Positions 17,618 to 26,901 of a stretch of 61,900 nucleotides of DNA are shown here, piece by piece. The translations under genes were made by a program, and so were the position numbers. The number at the start of each line of letters is the position of its first letter. Position 1 is the stretch's first letter. Origin of the DNA: Candidatus Paceibacter sp. (lineage in GTDB: Bacteria; Patescibacteriota; Patescibacteriia; S139-126); assembly GCA_020724865.1 (NCBI GenBank), contig DYGA01000003.1, positions 1 through 61,900 of the forward strand. The letters run 5' to 3'. The notes under the pieces were generated by a model, which saw only the letters and a list, made by a program, of their open reading frames with translations, searched no databases and was not told the DNA's origin.

Positions 17618-18549
17618 TTATAAATAATTAATTTTTTTATAAAAAATTTAAAATTTATCCACCATTTTCTTATTTTTATATTAAGTAGGTTTTTACCACG
17701 AAGAAAATACTGATTATATCTATCTTTCATCAGTTGTTCATAATTGGGAACAAAATTACTTACATGCATCCATTGATTTTGTTGTAACAAGTAAGGAATA
17801 TTATATCGAGTTGCTTGGGGGTATAAAAATTTATCTATTTTATTATATAAACCATAACGAGAAAATATAACAACATTTTCCACTGGTCGGAGAGAGTCTG
17901 GTTTGGTACTTGCTCCTTTTCCTTCATCAAGATAATAACCAAGTAAACCAGGTGCCATAACTGCTTTACCATTGAGTGCTAGACGTAAAGCTAAGTCAAA
18001 ATCAGGCCCTTGTTTTAACTGTTCATCAAAATAACCAGCTTTTTCACATAAAGATTTTTTAAACATAAAAAATGGCCCAAGTATCATAGCAGTTGTCAGG
18101 TATGAACTTGGAAAATTCTTATGGGAAACTAATTTGCCTTTTTTAGATCCAAACGATCGGACAATCAAAAAATCACCATAGACTATATCTATGTCGGGAT
18201 TATTTTCCATAAGTTCAGCTTGTTGTTCTATAGAGTCAGGTGTTCTCAGATCATCAACATTCCAGATAGTTACGTATTTACCGCTAGCTTCTCTGATACA
18301 GTGATTCATAGAAGTGCCAATAGGTTCTACAGGAGTAGTAATTATATGTTTTAGTTTTCCTGGATATTTAGATTGGAATTCTTTTACCCAAGAAATTTCT
18401 TCTTCATCTGGTTCATTGTGATCAAGAACAATTTCCAACTTGTCAAAATAAGTTTGTTTAGGAAGTTCCTCAAGAAAAAGTTTAAGGTAACGTTTCATTC
18501 TAAAACAGGGGGTGATGGTACTTACTAGGGGAGTCATATATTTAAGCAT
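17614..18549 (-). CDS. Glycosyltransferase family 2-like
   Basis: VSTITPCFRMKRYLKLFLEEL...LEIVLDHNEP and WNVDDLR have the GT-A fold pattern. 4-nt and 8-nt overlaps with neighbours. Confidence 0.65.
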   Translation of the reverse strand: MLKYMTPLVSTITPCFRMKRYLKLFLEELPKQTYFDKLEIVLDHNEPDEEEISWVKEFQSKYPGKLKHIITTPVEPIGTSMNHCIREASGKYVTIWNVDDLRTPDSIEQQAELMENNPDIDIVYGDFLIVRSFGSKKGKLVSHKNFPSSYLTTAMILGPFFMFKKSLCEKAGYFDEQLKQGPDFDLALRLALNGKAVMAPGLLGYYLDEGKGASTKPDSLRPVENVVIFSRYGLYNKIDKFLYPQATRYNIPYLLQQNQWMHVSNFVPNYEQLMKDRYNQYFLRGKNLLNIKIRKWWINFKFFIKKLIIYK

Positions 18550-19486
18550 TATAATAAGGATTTTCTATATTTATAATTTCACAAATTTTGATTAGTTCAT
18601 CAATGCCTTGTTCCATAGATATAGTATTGTGAAAACCTAAATTGTGTATTTTGTCATAAGAAACCATATAATCACGCTGATCTAAATCGTGACCAACATC
18701 AGCAAAGTGTAAATAATAATCAACCTTTTCTTTAATCATTAAACAAATTTGTTCTTTACTATAATTCATTTTATTATCACCGACATTGTAAACCTCACCG
18801 TTCATTTTTTCATAATTTTCTAAAGCAAATATAAATGCTTTCCCCATGTCACGTACATGAATAAATGTACGCATAAAATGTTTTTCATAGACAATTAGAG
18901 TTTTTTCTTTTACAGCTTTGTAGGTGAAATCATTTGGCAATAGATCAAATCTCATTCTAGGAGAGATGCCAAAAGCCGTAGCAAAGCGATAAATAACAAA
19001 CTGTTCATTGGTTTTTATAATATTTTCTGCTTCTACTTTTTGTTCCGCGTAGTTACTTAAAGGATTTAACGGTGTTGTTTCCGTGCAGTATTTTTCAATC
19101 AGTTTTCCGTATGTACTACCAGTAGAAGCAAAAAGTATAGGAATTTTTTTATTTACACAATCAACTAAATTTTTTGTACCATTTACATTTATGTCTCGTG
19201 ACAGTTCTGGTTCTTTGCGGCAGGCGGGATAACCAACAATTGCCGCCAGATGAATAATAGCGTCTATTCCATTTAGAGCTTGGGTGACATTTTCCTTGCT
19301 TCTTACATCACCTTTAATAAAAGTAAAATTTGGATTACCAAAAAAATGCATAATACTTTGCGGACCCCAACGTAAAGTATCAAGGATAGTTACTTTGTAA
19401 CCTTGTTGTAATAGCATTTCTGTGAGGGGAGTACCTACATAACCAGCTCCACCCGTGATAAGAATATGGTTAAATTTTTTTGTCAT
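18542..19486 (-). CDS. NAD-dependent epimerase/dehydratase (extended SDR)
   Basis: ILITGGAGYVGTPL Rossmann motif, STGSTYG, catalytic YAEQK. Confidence 0.75.
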   Translation of the reverse strand: MTKKFNHILITGGAGYVGTPLTEMLLQQGYKVTILDTLRWGPQSIMHFFGNPNFTFIKGDVRSKENVTQALNGIDAIIHLAAIVGYPACRKEPELSRDINVNGTKNLVDCVNKKIPILFASTGSTYGKLIEKYCTETTPLNPLSNYAEQKVEAENIIKTNEQFVIYRFATAFGISPRMRFDLLPNDFTYKAVKEKTLIVYEKHFMRTFIHVRDMGKAFIFALENYEKMNGEVYNVGDNKMNYSKEQICLMIKEKVDYYLHFADVGHDLDQRDYMVSYDKIHNLGFHNTISMEQGIDELIKICEIINIENPYYNA

Positions 19487-19495
19487 ATAATTATT

Positions 19496-20290
19496 CTAAA
19501 TGTTTAGTTGTAAATATTCTTCCAAATATTCTTGTGAATTTTTTAAAGGATAAATTGTGTGTAGTTTATTTACATTCATTTCGTATTCTTGTTTTTGTGC
19601 GTTTGCTTTTATGACTAACGGTTCGTTTAAAATTGCAGCAATTTCTTCTACTTCTATATGTCCAATACCTCCGCAATTGTATATCTCATTTTTTATGTTA
19701 TTTAAAATCATATATTCAATTATTTCTGCAATAGCAAAGGTTGTTATAAATTGAATATAAGAATCCTTAGTAACAAAAAGTTCTTGTTTATTTTTTAAAT
19801 CATATATTATGCCTTTTTTCAATTTTTTCCCCAGCATGGCGCTGCAGCGTAAAATTAAATAAGAAGGGAGTTTATTTATATAGTTTTCTGCTTGATATTT
19901 GTGCAAGCCATAAGGCTCTAATTTTTTTTCATCTATAATGGTCAATTCTGTATTTTTTTGAGGATTACCATGGTCGGGATAAACATCTGAAGAAGAGATA
20001 AATATATAATGATTAAATTTAAAATCCTCTAAACTATTTATGACAGATTGCACAGAAGCAATATAATCTTCTTTTGGGTTTTGATTTGCCCAAAATCTGC
20101 GACTATTGCCATTGGCATTTATCAAAACATCAAAATTGTTACCTATAAATTTCTGATAATTTTCTCTAGTGATTCCAGTTACATCAAATGTTTGTGATAG
20201 ATAATCGTAAAGGTCGTTACCTAGCATGCCATTGGCACCGATAATTGCTATTTTTTTAATGTTTAATTGCATATTCATAATTTTTATCAA
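19496..20290 (-). CDS. NAD(P)-dependent sugar-nucleotide reductase-like protein (RmlD-like fold)
   Basis: IAIIGANGMLGNDL glycine-rich motif, ISSSDVY, YGLHK (YxxxK). Substrate unknown. The start is ambiguous (Met1/5/7). Confidence 0.5.
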   Translation of the reverse strand: MIKIMNMQLNIKKIAIIGANGMLGNDLYDYLSQTFDVTGITRENYQKFIGNNFDVLINANGNSRRFWANQNPKEDYIASVQSVINSLEDFKFNHYIFISSSDVYPDHGNPQKNTELTIIDEKKLEPYGLHKYQAENYINKLPSYLILRCSAMLGKKLKKGIIYDLKNKQELFVTKDSYIQFITTFAIAEIIEYMILNNIKNEIYNCGGIGHIEVEEIAAILNEPLVIKANAQKQEYEMNVNKLHTIYPLKNSQEYLEEYLQLNI

Positions 20291-21218
20291 ACCAATCTAT
20301 AGTTTCTTTAATTCCTTGTTCTAAAGAGGTTGTGGGCAGCCAATTAAGTTCTTTTTCCATTTTTTTTGTACTAAATATTTTTTTCATAGCGCCGTCTGGT
20401 TTTTCTAGATTGTATTTAAATTCACCTTCGTAACCAATTATTTTTTTTATAGTTGTGGCTAAATCTGTAACCGATATGCCAAAGCCAGATCCAATATTGA
20501 GCGGAGAAATGTCATTGTATATTTCTGTTGCTCGCAGTATCGCTTCAGCCCCATCTTTAACATATAACCAATCGCGTATAGGTTTGCCGCTACCCCAAAT
20601 TTCTATATAAGGCAGATTGTCTCTTTTAGCTTCATATATTTTTTTAATCATAGCAGCTAAGGCCTTACTTTGTTCGGGATTAAAATGTTCTCCGGGACCA
20701 TACATATTTGCCAAGATTAAATGAATAGATTTAAATCCATACTGTTGGAAAAGTGCTTTACCATAAATAACCGATGTTTTTCTGGCAAAACCATAGCTAT
20801 AAATAGAATCGTGAATTTCACCATCCCAGTATTCATCTTCTTTTAGTTCTTCTTTTTCTGTATAACCGGGATAGGAGCAGCCAGCGACAATGTTTACAAA
20901 TTTTTTTACGCCCGTTTCATAAGCTGCTTTAAGTAAAAAATTACCCATTAGTAAATTGTCCATATACAATTCTGCTTGTCGGCCTTTGTGAAAACCAATA
21001 CCGCCTTGATTGGCAGCACAATTGATGACAATATCAGGTTTTGTTTCTTTGAAGTAATTTAAACAATCTTCATAACGTCTAAAATCAAGACCAGTTTTTC
21101 TGTCTGGTATAAATATTTTTGCTTCAGTTAATTTTAATTTTTCGTGTATGTGTTTACCAAAAAAACCATTTCCGCCAGTTATAACTATTTTTTTATTTTG
21201 GAAAAATTCTTTATTCAT
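20256..21218 (-). CDS. GDP-sugar 3,5-epimerase/4-reductase, GDP-L-fucose synthase (Fcl/WcaG) family
   Basis: VITGGNGFFG, NCAANQGGI, GCSYP, YGFARK, ANMYGPGEHF and EIWGSGKPIRDWLYVKD align along the whole length with Fcl-family motifs. Confidence 0.65.
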   Translation of the reverse strand: MNKEFFQNKKIVITGGNGFFGKHIHEKLKLTEAKIFIPDRKTGLDFRRYEDCLNYFKETKPDIVINCAANQGGIGFHKGRQAELYMDNLLMGNFLLKAAYETGVKKFVNIVAGCSYPGYTEKEELKEDEYWDGEIHDSIYSYGFARKTSVIYGKALFQQYGFKSIHLILANMYGPGEHFNPEQSKALAAMIKKIYEAKRDNLPYIEIWGSGKPIRDWLYVKDGAEAILRATEIYNDISPLNIGSGFGISVTDLATTIKKIIGYEGEFKYNLEKPDGAMKKIFSTKKMEKELNWLPTTSLEQGIKETIDWFDKNYEYAIKH

Positions 21219-22509
21219 AATTTAATAATAATTTATATCTTACTTTTTTAAATAAAAGTATTGAAATAGGCAATAAGGTATATGATGTTAATGTAGCCCA
21301 AGCAGCACCGTTTAGGCCAATAGATTTTATAAGGATAACATTTAAAAATACATTGACTACCATACTAATAAGTGTACTAAAAAATATTATTTTAGTGTAA
21401 TTTTCTGTAACCAGAAATTGATTAACTGCAAAAAACAGTGTATAACCTATTCCACCCCAAACATATATTTGTAGAATTGAAGTAGCAGTGATAAAAGCAA
21501 CACCAAAAATTATATACATTATAAAATATGCTAGTAGGGAAATAGACAAAGAAAATCCTAAACCTAATATAAAAATTAAAATAAATAAATCAATCAATCT
21601 TTTTCTGTATAGTGATTCGTTTTGTTTCTTGGCATTTACTAGGGCAGGAAATACTGATGACACAATAATTCCTGGTACCAAATACCAAATTTCAGCAATA
21701 CGAACTGCTGCGTCATATAATCCAACTGCAGTTTGGTTGAAATAGTGCATAATCATTACTTGGTCAATACGAGAATATATAAGAGTAAAGACAGTTGAAA
21801 AAATAAGCGGCCATGAATCCTTCATTAAATTTTTTGCAATTTGTTTATCAAATTTCCAGTTGAAAATACTGAATCCAAGTTTTTTGTAAAAAAATAAATA
21901 AAATATTGCATAAAAAAATGTTTCCAATACAGATATAAATGCAAAATAAATTATTCCTTTATCCAGTAGGACAATACCAATTTTAATAAATGATAATAAT
22001 ATAGTAACTCCAATGGTTGCCAGAGAAGCGTATTTTGATTGGACTCGTGACTGAAAAAAATAATTTAAAACATTGAAAGGTTGAAAAATAAAAGAAAAAG
22101 CTATTATCAAAATAAGAATATTTGTTATATCATCACCATTGGTTTGAAAAGAAATAATTGATACAGTAATAAAGGCAACTATTGCACCAGTTAATCTTAA
22201 AATAAATGAAGTTCCTAGGTGTTGATCTTTTTTGTCAAGTTCTGAAATTAAATTTCTGAATAAAATATGATCTATGCCGAGATTTACTATAAAAACAAAT
22301 AAGCTGACAAAACTTATGGCATAACTAAGCAAGCCGTAATTGGCAGGTCCAAGGTATCTAGCTACATATGCCGTGACAAAAAAAGCAAAAACTAGATTTA
22401 TAAATCTAGCCATAAAAAGCCATCCGGTATTTTTGAAATACTTTTTAAACCCTTCATGGTAAAAGTATTGTTTGAGGTCTAGAATTCTTTTGTAAGTGGT
22501 TGATAACAT
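21211..22509 (-). CDS. wzx: Oligosaccharide flippase (Wzx, MOP/polysaccharide biosynthesis protein family)
   Basis: A 432-aa protein with about 12 TM segments, first gene of the glycan operon. N-terminal FKNTGWLFMARFINLVFAFFVTAYVARYLGPANYG is typical of Wzx. Confidence 0.8.
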   Translation of the reverse strand: MLSTTYKRILDLKQYFYHEGFKKYFKNTGWLFMARFINLVFAFFVTAYVARYLGPANYGLLSYAISFVSLFVFIVNLGIDHILFRNLISELDKKDQHLGTSFILRLTGAIVAFITVSIISFQTNGDDITNILILIIAFSFIFQPFNVLNYFFQSRVQSKYASLATIGVTILLSFIKIGIVLLDKGIIYFAFISVLETFFYAIFYLFFYKKLGFSIFNWKFDKQIAKNLMKDSWPLIFSTVFTLIYSRIDQVMIMHYFNQTAVGLYDAAVRIAEIWYLVPGIIVSSVFPALVNAKKQNESLYRKRLIDLFILIFILGLGFSLSISLLAYFIMYIIFGVAFITATSILQIYVWGGIGYTLFFAVNQFLVTENYTKIIFFSTLISMVVNVFLNVILIKSIGLNGAAWATLTSYTLLPISILLFKKVRYKLLLNYE

Positions 22510-22596
22510 TGAAAGAGTTAGAAATTTTATAAAGTTGAAAGTTTGTAAAGTTAGAAAGTAAAATACTTTATAAACTTTTTACTTTCTACTTTTAAC
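22510..22596. repeat. Imperfect palindromic spacer, words AAAGTT(G/A)/GTAAAG | CTTT/AACTTT
   Basis: GTTAGAAATTTTATAAAGTTGAAAGTTTGTAAAGTTAGAAAGTAAAA faces TACTTTATAAACTTTTTACTTTCTACTTTTAAC. Confidence 0.45.
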
Positions 22597-22872
22597 TTAC
22601 TTGTCCCAATCTTTCATCACTTCAATTGCTTTCATTTTCAGTTTCAAATATTTATCTACGGCTTTTTTTTCTAGTTCCGGCGAAACTAATCGCAACAACT
22701 CTAATCCCAAAATCCGGTATTGTTTGCCGATTTTGTTGGCTTTAAGTATCCCGCGTTTGATCAACCGTTTCATTGTGCTGTTGGAAATTTTTAAGATTTT
22801 TTCTGCCTCACCTGTGGTATAGACGGCGTGGGGGAGTATTTCTTCAGTTTTGTTTGGTTTTGGTTCAGTCAT
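22597..22872 (-). CDS. Small helix-turn-helix DNA-binding protein (excisionase/MerR-type HTH_17)
   Basis: YTTGEAEKILKISNSTMKRLIKRGILKANKIGKQYRILGLEL matches the HTH_17 pattern. It sits at the head of the minus-strand glycan operon. Confidence 0.7.
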   Translation of the reverse strand: MTEPKPNKTEEILPHAVYTTGEAEKILKISNSTMKRLIKRGILKANKIGKQYRILGLELLRLVSPELEKKAVDKYLKLKMKAIEVMKDWDK

Positions 22873-22912
22873 AATATTTTATGTTGAATAAAAACTAGGA
22901 ATTAAGAATAAT

Positions 22913-23010
22913 GATTAATTACTATTTATTAATAACTAATGAATTTTTAATTGTTTAATTAAAAATTTAATCATTGATTAGTAATTAGAAATTCGTTATT
23001 AGTAATTAAT
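22913..23010. repeat. Imperfect palindromic spacer, word family TTACTAAT | ATTAGTAA
   Basis: GATTAATTACTATTTATTAATAACTAATGAATTT ... AATCATTGATTAGTAATTAGAAATTCGTTATTAGTAATTAAT. Confidence 0.45.
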
Positions 23011-23231
23011 TTATATTTTTATTATAATTTAGGTGTCATTGGGTGTCAATAGAGACCAAAATGAGTCAAAAATACCCAAATTATAAATTATAAAATGTAA
23101 ATTTTAAGTTAATTTATTAATTATTTAATTTTAAAATTCTATAATTCATTTATAATTGATAATTTAAAATTTAAAATTAATTTCAAGGTTTGCTTTTTTA
23201 ACATCCAAAATATAGAATAAAAATATAATTT

Positions 23232-24557
23232 ATGGGAAACTTTTGGTTAAAAACAAGAAATTGGTTTTTGCTCTTGGGTGATGTTTTACTACTTTACTCA
23301 AGCTTAGCTTTGGCTTTGTTTATTCGTTATCGGGAACAGTTTTTTTCCGCTTGGTGGCTGCACTTTGTTCCATTTACTCTGATTTTTTGGTTGTGGGTAA
23401 TAATTTTTTATATCAGCGGTTTTTATGATTTGCGGCGGGCTCGCAATCAGGCGCAATTTTTTATTCAGTTGCTACTTATAATATCACTGGCTGGTCTTGT
23501 TGGTATGGCGGTTTTTTATCTGTGGCCGTCTTTAGGAATTTCCCCCAAAACCAATTTAGCCCTGACTTTACTATTGGCTACTATATTTTTGTTTTTATGG
23601 AGACTAATTTTCAATGCTTTAATTTCTCAACCGCAAAGGAAAATATTATTAATCGGCGAACATACTCAAAGCATTGAGCTGGCCACCCAGCTCAATAACC
23701 ATCCGCAGTGGGGTTATCAGGTGGCGGCTATAATCACTCCGGAGAAGTTTTTTGAGTATAAAGATAAATTAAATAGTTTGGGAATTTCCACTTTGGTAAT
23801 TTCTGACGATCTGTATCAAACTCAAGCTTTGACCGATGCTTTGTATGACAGCTTATCATCACGGGTAGAAATGTTTACTTTGACTAAATTTTACGAACAA
23901 TTGGTAAAAAAAATTCCTTTGTCAGTGATTTCCAAAGTTTGGTTTTTGGAAAATTTGACCGAAAGAGATAAGCTGGCTTTTGATAAAATTAAAAGGTTGA
24001 TAGATATAGTTTTGAGTTTATTGGGATTGGTTTTGACTTTACCTTTTTATCCTTTACTTTATTTGGCGGTAAAAATTGATTCGCCGGGTCCATTTTTCTA
24101 TACTCAAGTGCGATTAGGAAAATTGGGCAAGCCGTTTGTAATTGTGAAAATCAGATCTATGGTTCAAGATGCCGAAAAAAAAGGCGCTGAGTGGGCAATA
24201 CCGGGAGATGTCCGGGTGACTAGAGTGGGAAAATTTTTCCGCAAAATCCGTTTGGATGAACTTCCGCAATTATTTAATATCTTATGGGGAGATATGAGTT
24301 TTGTTGGCCCGCGGCCTGAGCGGCCTGAATTTATTAGTCAACTTGAACAAGAAATTCCTTATTATAAACAACGTTTATTGGTTAAACCCGGACTTACAGG
24401 TTGGGCACAAGTCAATTTTAAATACTCATCTGATGTGGCTGGAGCTTTGGAAAAATTACAATTGGATCTCTATTATATAAAAAATCGGTCTCTGTTTTTG
24501 GATCTCACCATCTTACTCAAAACCGTAAGTATGGTTTTAAAAGGAGGAGGACATTAG
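23232..24557 (+). CDS. Polyprenyl-phosphate glycosyl-1-phosphate transferase (bacterial sugar transferase, WbaP/EpsL-like)
   Basis: The C-terminal domain KRLIDIVLSLLGLVLTLPF...PGPFFYTQVRLGKLGKPFVIVKIRSM...DELPQLFNILWGDMSFVGPRPERPEF is the PF02397 signature. The N-terminus has 4-5 TM segments. Confidence 0.85.
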   Translation: MGNFWLKTRNWFLLLGDVLLLYSSLALALFIRYREQFFSAWWLHFVPFTLIFWLWVIIFYISGFYDLRRARNQAQFFIQLLLIISLAGLVGMAVFYLWPSLGISPKTNLALTLLLATIFLFLWRLIFNALISQPQRKILLIGEHTQSIELATQLNNHPQWGYQVAAIITPEKFFEYKDKLNSLGISTLVISDDLYQTQALTDALYDSLSSRVEMFTLTKFYEQLVKKIPLSVISKVWFLENLTERDKLAFDKIKRLIDIVLSLLGLVLTLPFYPLLYLAVKIDSPGPFFYTQVRLGKLGKPFVIVKIRSMVQDAEKKGAEWAIPGDVRVTRVGKFFRKIRLDELPQLFNILWGDMSFVGPRPERPEFISQLEQEIPYYKQRLLVKPGLTGWAQVNFKYSSDVAGALEKLQLDLYYIKNRSLFLDLTILLKTVSMVLKGGGH

Positions 24558-24684
24558 AAATTATAAATTTTAAATTATAAATTATAAAAAAATAAAGAAT
24601 TATAGAATAATTTATAATTTTAAATTTTATATTTTTATTTAAAATTAAAATATTGTATAATAATCTTACTAAATTAATCATTTG

Positions 24685-26898
24685 ATGAAAAAAACTTTAC
24701 ATATTTTTCTTGGGTTGATAGTCACGTTGGGCGTGATGAATTTTTTTGTTATACGGACCAAGGCCAGTGCAGTTGAAATAAACAAATCAAGTACTTCCGA
24801 AGTTATAGTAAAAATGAAACACAGCGATAAACTTTATAAACTATCAGCTGCTCAGGGTATTGATACAGAATATTTGTTGGCTAATTATAATTTAAATTCA
24901 CAAATTGAATACGTAGAACCAAATTTTAAATTTTCTGCCGCTGTCACCACTCCCAATGACCCGGATTTTATTCAACAGTATTATTTAGGCCAAGTGCAGG
25001 CGCAAGCTGGGTGGGATATTTCTACTGGACGACCAGAAATTGTTGTGGCAGTTTTGGATAGTGGTGTGGATATTGATAATCTTGATTTGAAACACAATAT
25101 TTGGGTCAATGTTCATGAAAAACCATTTGATCTCATAGACAATGACGGCAATGGCAAAGTTGATGATTTTTATGGATGGAATTTTGTTGATGACAATAAC
25201 GATGTTAAACCAAGTTTTATAAATTTTACTGAATTAGGAGTAAATCACGGAACAATCGTTGCTGGTATTTTAGGAGCCAGAGGGAACAATGGTATCGGTA
25301 TAACTGGCGCGGCTTGGCAGATTAAAATTATGCCGTTGAAAGTTTTAGATAGTTCTGGCATGGGAGATTCACTGACTTTAGTGCGGGCAATTGATTATGC
25401 TATTAGTAAAAAAGTTGATGTGATCAATTTATCAGTGGTGGGGCATAGTTATAGTCAGGCCTTGCAGGATGCAATTTCCCGGGCATGGCAAGCAGGTATT
25501 GTGATTGTAGCGGCAGCTGGCAATGAAGTGGGTTTAGGTCAAAACATGGATATTTATCCAGCTTATCCAGTCTGTAACGATGGTGAAGATAATATGGTAT
25601 TAGGGGTAGTAGCTCTTGATCGTTATAGTCGTCTGGCCAGTTTTTCCAATTTTGGCAGTCGTTGTAGTGACGTATCAGCGCCGGGAGTAAATTTTTATTC
25701 TACGGTTGCTTATCATGAGTCTTTTCCTGGTTTTAATCATTATTATAAAGCTGGTTTTTCTGGAACTTCAGTAGCCACACCTTTGGTATCTGCTTTGGCG
25801 GCGTTGATTAAATCAGTAAATCCCAGTTTAACCAATATTCAGATACGCAATATTATTTTAAATACTGCCAGTGATGTTGATTTTTTGAATCCAAATTATA
25901 AAGGTAAATTGGGGAGTGGTTTAGTTGATTTTGGTAAAGCTTTGGGAGCGGCTAAGGCCACTTTGTCTGGTACTAGCCAGCCTATTAGCCAGGATTGGTT
26001 GGTAGTGGGCGCAGGACCCGGCGGCAGTCCGCATGTAAGAATTTTTGACTGGCAAGGCAATGTTTTAGCCCAGTGGTTTGCTTATGATGAAAAATTTAGG
26101 GGCGGGGTAAATGTGGCTGCCGGCGATGTTAATGGTGATGGTAAAAAAGATATAATTACTGCGCCTGGCGCGGGCGGTGGACCTCATATCAGAATCTTCG
26201 ATCATCAAGGCAATGTTTTAGCCCAGTGGTTTGCTTATGATGAAAAATTTAGGGGCGGGGTAAATGTGGCTGCCGGTGATATTGATAATGACGGTTTAGC
26301 AGAAATTATAGTTGCTCCCGCCAGTGGTATGGAAACTTTGGTAAAAATTTTTGATTTTACCGGACATATGCGTTTTAAGTTTTTAGCTTATGCGGATAAT
26401 TTTACAGGTGGCGCCAGTCTGGCGGTTGGCGATGTTGATGGCGACTCGCAAGCAGATATTGTGACTGGAGCAGGTTTTGGGGGCGGTCCGCATGTTCGTA
26501 TATTTAATCGCCAAGGTCAAATTAAACAGCAGTGGTTTGCTTATGATGCCAAGTTTCGGGGCGGGGTAAATGTGGCTGTTGGTAATTTGTCTGGTGATAT
26601 AAATAAAGAAATAGTTACCACTCCTGGACCGGGCGGTGGTCCGCACACACGGGTGTTTAACTGGCAGGGTAAAGTTCAAGCCCAGTGGTTTGCATACGAA
26701 CCAGAAAATCGAACTGGACTAAAAGTTGCAGTTGGGGACATGACCGGAGACGGTAAAAATGAAGTGCTCGTGGCTTTGCAAAAAGGGTCAAGTCCAAATG
26801 TGCGGATATTTAATTCCAATTATCAACTAAGCAAAGAATTGGTCGTTTTTCCCCCAGCTTTTATTGGTGGAGTTAATTTGCAAATTTTAGGTAGATAG
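24685..26898 (+). CDS. Secreted subtilisin-like serine protease (S8) with a C-terminal array of six FG-GAP-type repeats
   Basis: Signal peptide MKKTLHIFLGLIVTLGVMNFFVIRTKASA. Catalytic D (VAVLDSGVD), H (HGTIVAGIL) and S (GTSVATPLV). Six ~51-aa repeats (GGGPHxRIFxxQG..QWFAYD..FRGGVNVAAGDxxGDG). The track ORF starts at TTG 24682; I prefer ATG 24685. Confidence 0.85.
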   Translation: MKKTLHIFLGLIVTLGVMNFFVIRTKASAVEINKSSTSEVIVKMKHSDKLYKLSAAQGIDTEYLLANYNLNSQIEYVEPNFKFSAAVTTPNDPDFIQQYYLGQVQAQAGWDISTGRPEIVVAVLDSGVDIDNLDLKHNIWVNVHEKPFDLIDNDGNGKVDDFYGWNFVDDNNDVKPSFINFTELGVNHGTIVAGILGARGNNGIGITGAAWQIKIMPLKVLDSSGMGDSLTLVRAIDYAISKKVDVINLSVVGHSYSQALQDAISRAWQAGIVIVAAAGNEVGLGQNMDIYPAYPVCNDGEDNMVLGVVALDRYSRLASFSNFGSRCSDVSAPGVNFYSTVAYHESFPGFNHYYKAGFSGTSVATPLVSALAALIKSVNPSLTNIQIRNIILNTASDVDFLNPNYKGKLGSGLVDFGKALGAAKATLSGTSQPISQDWLVVGAGPGGSPHVRIFDWQGNVLAQWFAYDEKFRGGVNVAAGDVNGDGKKDIITAPGAGGGPHIRIFDHQGNVLAQWFAYDEKFRGGVNVAAGDIDNDGLAEIIVAPASGMETLVKIFDFTGHMRFKFLAYADNFTGGASLAVGDVDGDSQADIVTGAGFGGGPHVRIFNRQGQIKQQWFAYDAKFRGGVNVAVGNLSGDINKEIVTTPGPGGGPHTRVFNWQGKVQAQWFAYEPENRTGLKVAVGDMTGDGKNEVLVALQKGSSPNVRIFNSNYQLSKELVVFPPAFIGGVNLQILGR

Positions 26899-26901
26899 TT
26901 T

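Noticed and set aside
22597-22872. Excisionase-type HTH as a marker of a prophage or integrative element boundary
   Set aside because: There is no integrase, no att-like direct repeats and no phage genes nearby. Its position at the head of the glycan operon favours a small transcriptional regulator.
25990-26898. Diversity-generating retroelement target (repeats plus Avd-like four-helix-bundle genes in the window)
   Set aside because: There is no reverse transcriptase and no template/variable repeat pair. Differences between the repeats are not adenine-specific. The repeats are ordinary FG-GAP repeat units.
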